Origin: Chrysomallon squamiferum
Taxonomy: Eukaryota > Animalia > Mollusca
Assembly (NCBI GenBank): GCA_012295275.1
Contig: CM022676.1
Location: 8,680,001 to 8,744,000 of the forward strand
DNA: 64,000 nt
Reading direction: 5' to 3'
The position numbers and the translations under genes are program-made. This document shows, in pieces, positions 52,776 to 64,000 of this stretch (position 1 is its first letter; the number at the start of each line of letters is the position of its first letter). The notes below the pieces were generated by a model, which saw only the letters and a program-made list of their open reading frames with translations, searched no databases and was not told the DNA's origin.

Positions 52776-53545
52776 TGCTGTTGTTGTTAAAACTATTACT
52801 ACTACTACTGTTACAACTAGTGCTATTATTACTACTACTACTCCCATCACCATTATTACTACAACCACCGCTACAACTAGTACTAATACTAACATCACTA
52901 CTACTACTATTACTATTACTACTACCATTACTACTGTTACTACTACTTTGCTACCACCACTACTATTATTACAATTAATACTACAACTACAACAAGAACT
53001 ATTACTACTACTACTACTACTACTACAACTTCAACAAGAACTATTACTACTACTACTACTACAATAATCGCCACTATTACTACTACTACTAGTATTACTA
53101 CTACTTTCTGCTGCTGCTTGCTATTATTATCATCATCACAACTAAAACTACTACTACTATGATTACTAATTTCACTATTACTATTATTATTATTACAACT
53201 AAAATGACTACTACTATTACTACTACTACTATTATTATTGTTATTATTATTATTATTATATTAATTTTACTACTTTTCATAATTTGTCCATCCATCCATC
53301 CATCCATCCATCCATTCATTCATTCATCTATCCTTTCTTTTCTCTACATTCATTTTACACCACTGCTTTGAACTCTTTCTTCTTAAGCGAATAACAACAT
53401 CAGCATTTGATTTCATCCCCGAACTTAAAAGTCGTAAAAGGAGCTATCGAATCGAGAAGAAATCGGTCCTAAATGACAATTTTACGTCCACTTAAACCTA
53501 AAAGACAAAGCCGTGGAGAATATCGTTTCGTTTTTATCGGCTCGT

Positions 53546-53579
<34 letters not shown>

Positions 53580-54748
53580 CTTCATCATTCGGCGTTTTCC
53601 GTTCATCGCACGCGCAGGCGCCTCGCCTCCCGCGGGCATGCGCGCTGTCCTAATTCTGCTTCGGCCTTCCCGAGTAATTAAAGCTCCGTGTTACGGCGAA
53701 AAAGATTTGATTTTTCCGTGCAGCTAGCGAGTAAACTACAAGATTAGCAGTTCTGTAGCACTACAGGCAGCCCAGGTCGCGGGGGTTGGAGCAAAATGAG
53801 ATTTCAGGCGCTTTTTGTAATTTGGAGGAAATTACTCTTGGAAGTTTGTGTCAGCTCTAGGGGAGATTTTGTTTCAGTTTAATGAAAAATGCATGATTTT
53901 ATTTTGTAAAATTTATTAGCCGGTGCGCGAAATTTTTTTTGCTGATATCTTTTTTTATAATTTTTTTTTTTTTTTTTTTTTTTTGGTTTTGACTCACCGG
54001 CTTTCAATTTGTCCCTGCCAGATGCCTGTATCGCCATTGTTGATTGGACACGTGATTAAATCACGTCACGTGACGTGAAATTGTAGCAGCTCCGTAATTT
54101 ACGCGAAGAAATGACATTAGTATAACTTTTGTTGAAGAATTTGTTTCTCTCGTGTACAACAGTTTCCATTTTCTTCTTTTTAAAAAAAAAGACAGAAAGA
54201 AAAAGAAGAAGAAGAAGAAGAAGAAAGTAATAAAAAGAAATAATAAAATTAAATTAAAAAAAAAAAAGAAAAAAAGAAGTAAAAGAAACTGTTTTAGAGT
54301 CTTACGTGTTATCGAGAACCTCTTTAATTCGTTTCTAGAAATCTCATTTTTGTTCTGTTTTCCTTTTTTTTTTTTTTTTTTTTTTTATTCCAAAAAATAA
54401 TTAACCGTGTTCTGTGTTTGAAAGTCACGAATGAAACTGAAAGTTAAACTTAACTGTACTGAAATAAAATAAAATAAAATAAAGTCAGATAAAGTAAAGT
54501 AAAGTAAAGTAAAATAAAGTAAAGTAAAATAAAATAAAATAAAATAAAATAAAATAAAATAAAACGAAATCAGTTAAAATGTGATATATGATATAAAATA
54601 AAATGTAAAACAAAATAAAATAAAATAAAATAAAATGTAAAACAAAATATAATAAAATAAAATAAAATTCAATAACTATAAAATAAAATGACGTGACAAG
54701 AAAATCTAATGGAACTAAAATAGAATTTAATAATGGAAATATAATTAA

Positions 54749-54842
<94 letters not shown>

Positions 54843-55680
54843 ACACGAAATAAATCATTTTTAAAAAAAAACCTAAATCTCTCGCTAAAATGGATCGATC
54901 ATAGGACTCATCCGATCACGAAATCTCAATATCTTTTAATGCTGATTAATACCAATATAATTAATTGTCAGTTCTTTTACAAAACCATTACTGCCACTTG
55001 AACAAACGAGAACCGATATGCACTAATATTTCTAATTTACGGTTGTCGTTAATAATTTACGAAGTTTGGAAAGACCGAAGCAGATGGAAAAATTGAATTA
55101 GTCATAGTACCACAAAGTATATCGTATTTTTCCTTTACGACTGCAATAAATGTGTCAGTAATCACAGCCAAACGTTCTTTCAAAGAAAAACAGCCAGGCC
55201 TGCTACTGGCGCGCGAATTAGCACGCGCCATATGCTTGGGGTCATTAATATTAACATGATAAATCTTGTCGGACAGAAAAGGCCGAACGAAACGATAAAG
55301 CGAAAACGCACGACGATTTGAGTAAATAATTTCTTAAAATGAAAAGTGGTTGCAAATTGAAACGATTTATTTTTATTAATACTTTTAATTGGTTGTTAGG
55401 GCTTCATCCTATAGGTCAAGGCCGAGTGGTTTATGATACAATTTATGAGTGCTCGTGGATACGACGATAATTTGTAATCGTACCAGCTGTTGTTTCACAG
55501 ATTCGTGATTATTATTAATTATTATTAGAGCAGTCGGCCACAGCTTTGTGACATATCTGAACTGAAATATAATTTCCCGATTCTTTATTGTCATTCTTCG
55601 TGTTACTATTATTGTTGTTATCATCATCATCTTTATCATAATCATCAATGTTATCAGCATCAGCAGCATCAACATTTCCG

Positions 55681-55725
<45 letters not shown>

Positions 55726-56329
55726 TATTTGTTGTTGTTGTTTTTATTATTACTGTTATTGTTATTATTATTATTGATATAATTGTTGTTATTATTCTTT
55801 TACTATTATTATTATTATTATTATTATTACTATTAGTGTTATTATTGTTGTTGTCGTTGTTGTTGTTGCTGTAGATAACGAAAATTATATATTATTTGAT
55901 ATTGTTCATTAACATCGCCACCATTGTAAAAACCTTGATCATCATCATCTCATATTTGTGATATATCAGTATATTTTATTACCATCATCATCATAAAATT
56001 CATCATTTCATTGTCGTCACAATCATCATCATCATCATCATGTTGATCATTGTCATTACCTCATTATTACCATCAAAATCAACATTGCACTACCATTACC
56101 ATCAGGATCATAACCATCACGTCATCATCATCATCACCACCACCACCATCATCATCATCACCATTACCATCAACATCATTACCACCACTAACATCGTCAT
56201 CAACATCATCATCATCATTACTTTCACCATCATTAACTGTACCCCCACCAACATCATTATTATCACCATTAACATCATCATCACCATTACTATCATCATC
56301 ATTAACACGACCTCCAACACCACCACCAA

Positions 56330-56362
<33 letters not shown>

Positions 56363-56619
56363 TATCTCAAATATCAAATTCATCTAAAACCTTCCGATGC
56401 GACGTCCACGTCTGTAACAACGGTAATGAAAAATGGCCTCACTCAAAAGCTTCTTATCTATAACCATCAAACGTGCGCCGTGCCAAAGTCAATAGAGAAA
56501 CGCATTTTTGCGATCCATATCGCCCAAAAATGTCAACCGCCGGGCGTAAACGTAATTAATAGATCAGCCGAGTGATTCAACCCAGGGCTAACCTGTTTCC
56601 GTGCAAGTCCATATGTCGT

Positions 56620-56650
<31 letters not shown>

Positions 56651-58854
56651 GTCCTAAACGCCGCTATCTAACGATTGATAACCCATGAGGCTCGTGGAAC
56701 CTCGTTTTCGTTGTTTCGTTCCTTTGTATTTCCTCCTCTTTGCGGTGTTCAGGTCTCACAAAAAAAAAAAAAAAAAAAAGAGAAGCTTTTTACTGCAGGT
56801 TATGGATTCAGTGGGAAAAAGATGTTTTTAGCGTCGGTTTGTTTTTAGAAGAAACAAAAAAAAGTATTGATAAACCTAACGAGTTTTTGACATCCGTAAA
56901 TTGAAGAGCGTTGGGGGTGCGTGATTCAGTAGCGCGTAATTAAAAGGGACGAAAATACCCGAACGATTCAAAAGTGAACTATTTTTCTTTTCCGTTTCTT
57001 TAATTTTTTAATCTCTCTCTCTCCCCTTTCTTTAAATTTATTCGTTCTATTTGACTTCTTGAATTTTATTTCTTCGTTTATTTTTTTTCCTTTCCGAAAT
57101 TTTTTTAAATTTTTTTTTATTTTTTATTTTTTTTTTTTGAATTTTATGTTCTCTCTTTTAAAAATGACTTCATCTTTCAATTTAGTCGTCTCGTAATTCT
57201 CTCTAGGGATACTTCTAATGTAATCAGATATGAAGACTGCTGAGAATTATGACATGATATAGTATTATTGATATTTTATATTTATTTATTTATTCCTAAA
57301 AGTACTGTTTAAATCTTTCTTCTTTTTTGTTTTCCCCCGACGGTAATTACGTGAAACTAATACACAGATCACACCAGTAGTTTTACACCTATCCATATTA
57401 CAACTAACACGACGTCAGAACTACTCGTGTTACAACAACAACAACTACTACTACTATTGCTACTACTACTACTATTTCTGATACTTCAACTACTGTTTTT
57501 TTCTACCATAACTGGTACTACAATAAATACTGCTTTTATAACACCACTACCACTACTACTAATATTACTGCTAGAAATACTACAACTACTACTACTACCA
57601 CCATTACTACTACTACTTTTACTACTATTACAACTACGACAACTACAACAACAACATCCGCTACTATAATATTACTACTAGTACTACTACTACTGCTGCT
57701 ACGGCTATGCAAGTAACTACTAAAACTTTTACTTTTACCACTCCAATATTCATGTGGCTATTATTCACTTCATTTATGCAAAAATACAATAAAATGATAA
57801 ATGAAAATGACGATAGTGATGTGGCTGAATTAATAACACTAGCCATCTTCTTTTTAAATCTTCTGTAATCATTGCATTTCTTTTAGCATCAGAAAGCAAA
57901 ACGAAATAATAAAACATTCTTTATACCTTTAAACACATAACATACCTAAACGTGAAATTAACTTTTACTTTAAAATGGACAAAATTCAATATAATCTAAT
58001 AAAACTGGTCTTTCCGTTTAAAATAAATATTTTAAATAACTAGAATCCTTATCTGAATGAACGAAGTCATAAAAACATCGACGAGAATGCCTTTTATGTA
58101 ACAGACAAGGATTTTTAATCAAACTCTTAAAGGCTGGTGCTCAACAAATATCGGTGGGATTTAATCAAACAGCTCCACTTCTACAGTTGCCTGACAGCTG
58201 TTGAAAGAAATAGCAGATGTCTAATAAAATAAAATCAGTTTCGTGTTAATTGTTTTCTGATATCATCAGCAGACTTCGAACAAAGCAGATAACATTTTTT
58301 TATTTTTTTTTTTTTCATTTTTAAATTTTTAATATTTTTTTTCCCCGTAATTCGGCACGACAAGCCAGAAGCAATATGGCGTCTGTGTACGTCTGCTATC
58401 GGATCTGCCACCGTAATCAGCCGATAAACAATTCAAAATTAATCTGGTGGTGCTAACCAATCGATAACTGGGGGCTAACGAGGAGATAAATTAATCATTC
58501 CCTTGTGATGTTGTAATAATGTTTGACCAGTGGACATCGTTTGAAGTGGTTCAAGGGCTACTCGATTTGTAACACATTAAGGATCAATGTATCCTATCAC
58601 GAACATTTCTGGAGATCTGAGGTTCGCGTTTGGTTTGCGCGTGTTGTTTATATAAACACTTGTTTTAACTTATTAACTCTGGTAACATGAATTAATAGAA
58701 GTATAACGATGATGTATTGTCTGAGTGGGCAGATTCGTGGGTATGAATATATTGATATTGATGATCTCAAGATAGTGGAAATAAAAATAAGAGCTGTGAA
58801 CTAACTAGAGCCTAATATGAAGAATAGTTTATGAATACAAAAATGTCATTCAGT

Positions 58855-58937
<83 letters not shown>

Positions 58938-59682
58938 TTTTTTTTTTTGAATTTTCTTTTTTCTTTGAATCACATTTCTATTTTGTATTATTATCGTCAC
59001 TATTATTATTATTATTATTCTGTAATTTCCTTCTTTGCTTAAAAACATAAAAAACTAAATAAAAAAAAACTAAAAAGCAGACGTATTTATGTCTTTGTTT
59101 TACGAATGAGCATGACTTAACAGTCAGAGCCTCCAAAACAAGAAACACTCTTCATTATTTATTTAAAGTGGATGCTATGCCAAACGTGGAGTAAGCTTCA
59201 TTTAACACATGATTATTTTATCTTCATTTTAATTATTAAATCTACATACCGAACACGCGAAGTTTCCATAGCGTATGCATATATTAAACTAATTTAGTAC
59301 TTTTCTTTCATTCATTAATTAATTAATTTAGTATTTCTATTTTTGGTTCTTTCTTCCATTTTTTCCTTTCTTTGTTCTGATTTTCTCCCTTTTTTTTTCT
59401 AGTTATTTTAATAAAATTAGTAATTGATGATTATCGTAACCTTGTATAATTTTTCTTTCTCCCTTTTCTCCATGTGTGGATAAACATCTATGTACATATA
59501 TACATATATGTGTGTGTGTTTGTGTGTGTATGTTTGTGTGTACATATATCTGTGTATGTGTGTGTGTAAACCAAAACAATGTCTTCATCACAATAATAAT
59601 TATGTAAATATTAATTGATTATAAATCTTTTTTCTCGTTGTTTCTCACACACACACACACGCACATACTCACACCCATCCCG

Positions 59683-59742
<60 letters not shown>

Positions 59743-61316
59743 CTACTACCACTCCCCTCCCACAAATACAAATAATTCCATCAGACCAAACAACAAAACA
59801 ATCAATATCCAGTTATTATGACTAATATATTAAGCTAATCAAGCAAACATATGGGGAACGTATTTCATCGAGTTCACCTTGAAGCGATCTATCGAGTGAA
59901 ACAGAGCAAAATAAAAACAAATATTTTATTACCCGGCTGGCTTTGATCTAATACCCTACACTTAATATATATTTTCAAATAGCCTGCAGTAGATCATATT
60001 TTACCTTGAAACAACATTCTATTTATTTAAATTATTTTCGATTATTTTCTCCTTTTTTTTTCTTTCTTATTGATTGCCTGTGAGCTACAGTATGTCTAGA
60101 TATTATTGTTGCTGTTAATGTTGTTATTATTGTTATATTATTAGTAGTAGTAGTAGCAATAGCTGTCGTAGTAGTAGTCATATAATTGTTAGAAATAGTA
60201 GTAGCAGTAGTAGTAACAGTACTTGTTCTATTAAAAGAAGTAGTAGTAGCAGTAGTAATAGTTACAGTACTATTAGAAGTTTTAGTAGCAGTAGTAGAGT
60301 CAGTAGAACTATAATATTAATATTAGTGTTATTACTCGTGTTAATATTAGTAGTAGTAGTAGTTGTTGTTGTTGTAGCAGCAGTAGTAGTTACATTTAAT
60401 AAAATTAGTAGTAAATGTAGAGCTGGTGTTGTTGTGGTTGTTGTTGTTGTGCTCGTAGTAATGTAGTTTTGTTCTCAGTCATCATCATCATTATCGTCAC
60501 CATCATCATCATCATCATCATTATCATTATCATCATCATCATCTTTATTTTTCCTATCTTTACAGAGACAAAACTGTCTCTGCCCTTCTTTTTTCATTCA
60601 TTTCTTCATTCATTCATTCTTCCAGTCATTGTTTTTTCTACTTCCTTGTGTTTATTTCCTGGACAGTGCAAAATGTGTTAATGTTTTTAACACAATGACC
60701 TACATTTGCACGATAACAGTAATAAAAATGGTCGACGAACGAGAATACTTCCGGTTTCGCCGGAAATACTAAGTACGCTTCGACGGAGGCGACTAGAACA
60801 ACAACAAAAAAAAAAAAAACACCGCCATTAGTTAGACAAAATAATCACAGGAAATCATCCCCCCACCACCACCAACGTCACAATCGACATCACCCACCCA
60901 CCCCGACATTTCTATAAAATATTCTCTGACGAGACAAACATACATAAACATCACGTGATGTTAATTATTCATGCCACTGAAATAGTCCACTATCTGATCT
61001 CGTTTCGGAAATAAACGCGAAATGAAATGTGTTCCGCGGTGAATGTTTTTCCCCTCCAGCGATTGGTTGAAAATATCCTGTCGGATTCGGGTTTGTGTGT
61101 TTTCGGCTAGTTAGGCGATCTTTGAAGATGTAAATTGCTTCAATTATTTATCATTAATACACGTTAGCCATTTTTCTTCTCACTGGACGATGTAAAAAAA
61201 GGATTCAGGGGTTAATTCTTTTTTTGTTTTTAATTAAATACACATATACATACATATATACATATACATGCATACATATACACATACATACATACATACA
61301 TACATATATACATACA

Positions 61317-61347
<31 letters not shown>

Positions 61348-61360
61348 GTATGTATGTATG

Positions 61361-61451
<91 letters not shown>

Positions 61452-61912
61452 ACTAACCATATCTACAACTAACAAAGAAACAATCAAATATAAACAATAA
61501 TAAAATAAAGTGTCAAAGTATTTAATCTTGTTACACTTCGCCGAATTAAAAAATCAGTCTTCCTTTTTGTATTCAGTATAAATTTTGCTGTTCAAGAAAC
61601 AATACTGATTTACAACATGCACTTCTTTTGACTCTGCATTTTGTTTTTAACTCTACACTTTGTTTTTCACTCTGCATTTTTTTATTTTTTGTGAGTAAAG
61701 ATTTTGTTTTACAATATGCTTTATATTTTGTTTAAATCGATCTAAACGGTGTTTTTTTTTTTTTTTTTTTCATCTAAACATTTGTCTTTCATACGTTCTT
61801 CACTTCTTTTCTTTTCTTATTCATCTATTACAAATACGTAAAAAAAATTAAATCTTTTTTTCTTAATACCCTTTAATATAACACCATCTTACTACATATG
61901 CGACCCAAGAAA

Positions 61913-61949
<37 letters not shown>

Positions 61950-62325
61950 CTGCTTCTTCTTCTTCTTTTTTTTTTTTTTTTTTTCAGGTGAAATCTTATT
62001 GCGTGCAGGTCGGAGAAGAAATATGAGACTGTACTCAGACCAGCAGTGAAATGAATCCCCGGATGTAATAAATAAGTAAAAAGGGTACAATAGCAAAATT
62101 GCGATCAGTTACACTCTCAACACGTGTTTGTTACAACAGCCTCGTTTTCAGCTGCGTTTTCAAGATGGCGACGCGGACGCTTTGGGTCTTCGAGTGACCG
62201 AGTCAGCTTTGAAAGGTTCTGGTAGAATTTTTTAAACTTTGTGAAGCGTGAGAGTGGATTGTGGCATATTTTTTTAATCATTATTTTATCGTTTTTGTTG
62301 TTATTGTTGTTGTTATTATTTTTGA

Positions 62326-62365
<40 letters not shown>

Positions 62366-64000
62366 AGTGTAATTGTTATTGGTTCTATTATTATTGTTGT
62401 TGTTGTTATTGTTTACTTAATTATTTATTTTGTTTCAATTTATTTCATTATATTTTATTTTATTTTTTCTATTTATTTATTTGTTTGTTTGTTTACTTAT
62501 TTGTTTATTTATTTATTTATTTATTTATAAATTTATTTTTATTTACAATACACTCACCATGAACAATAATAAATCAGCAAATATAAATAAACAAACAAAC
62601 AAACAAACAAGCAAACAAACACACGTTTTGAAAGAAGAACAAAAATATGGACAGAAAAAAAAAGAAGAAGAAAATAGCAAAAACTAGCAATAAAAAAATT
62701 ATTAATAATCCCAGCCATAATTATAGACTGGTACACTACGCCAACATCCCTAGGTCGCGTGACTGTCATCCATTGCGGACCAAAATGAAGAAGAACAGTC
62801 TACAGACATAATTGACTGGTTCACGATGGTGATTGCAAGGCACTGAACACCACATGTCGTTCCGCTTTTAAAGCTGTCAGTCGTAATCACGGTAATAACA
62901 GGGTTCGTAAATTCGTCGTGCGTTTACGCCAATCATCGGAGTGTTTCGTACAAAAACGTACTTCGGTCCACCTTTTTTTCACGTTCGATCTACAAGTTGT
63001 TTTTATTACGAACGTCAGATCGGCGCCATCTTGAATTGTTATGATTATCCAAAATGTTGCTTTAATTAGAATTATCGTTTATGATTCAGCGTGTCGATTT
63101 GCATAATAAATTTTTATTTTTGCATATATCCTCTTTTGCCGAAGATTTGGGGGTTTAAAAAAACCCCAACAACAGATGCATGAAAAATACTTTCCATATT
63201 TATTTAATAATGTATGCACATGCTGAATATTTAATAAAACGCGATTTTCTATAATTGTAGCTGTTCAGAATAAACTAATTGTATTATACTGTCGTGAATT
63301 TTAAAAATATCTTATAAATAATTCATAATTTAGACATCTGGTTAAGGTATTACAAAAAACAACAGCAATGAGGACAACAGCACCTAGAGCATTTGTTGCT
63401 GTTACTACTACAACTACAACAACACAGTTTTACTGCTGCTACAAATATTAATACAGTAACGCTGAAATAATATAATTATGACTGTCATACTACTACGGCT
63501 ACTGTTACTACAACAACTACAATAACGATTGAAACTAATATTCTCTTACAACTACTACTACTATTACCACAACTGCTACTACTATTAATATATTACTATT
63601 ATTACTACATTATTATACTACTGCTTCAAATATTGTACTGCTACTACATACTACAGCTACTACCACTACTATTGCTACTGCTACTGCTACTACTACTTTT
63701 ATGTCACCAGTATTATTATTATTATTATTTAAAAAAAAATAAAAAAAAAAAAATAAAAAACAAGATGGGAATATTGAAAACTAACAATTATTCATAGAAA
63801 CACACACACACACATACAACTATATAACCTACGCATAAATATAGACACAGTAGCTACACAATACTTACACACACACACTCACTCACTCACTCCCTCTCTC
63901 TCTCCCCCCTCCCTCCCTCCGTCCCTCTCCCTCCCCCTCTCTCTCTCTCCTCAAATAATGAATATTGAACCAGGATCACGTTAGAAGTATTTATATTTCC

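Overview
AT-rich, microsatellite-dense eukaryotic DNA. It looks lophotrochozoan or cephalopod-like, but the species cannot be fixed from the sequence. The window holds nearly all of one Dscam gene on the minus strand. I traced 38 GT-AG exons by hand from 42336 to the stop at 5179; their phases are mutually compatible except for the 1-nt excess in the TM exon. They encode about 2120 aa in the layout Ig1-9 / FN3 1-4 / Ig10 / FN3 5-6 / TM / cytoplasmic tail ending FTIV. I could not place the signal-peptide exon with confidence. I saw no insect-style arrays of full alternative exons. Instead, several exon edges are locally duplicated with their splice sites. These give an in-frame Ig2 acceptor copy that inserts poly-Leu, a phase-compatible short alternative to the second Ig10 exon, and a copy of the PYATF exon that lacks the tyrosine. 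Other points: a candidate 18-nt microexon, a +1 frameshift in the TM exon (error or secreted allele), CTCF-like and CRE motifs in the large 5' introns, and an inverted pair of interspersed repeats around the Ig1 exon. Most listed ORFs are microsatellite artefacts.
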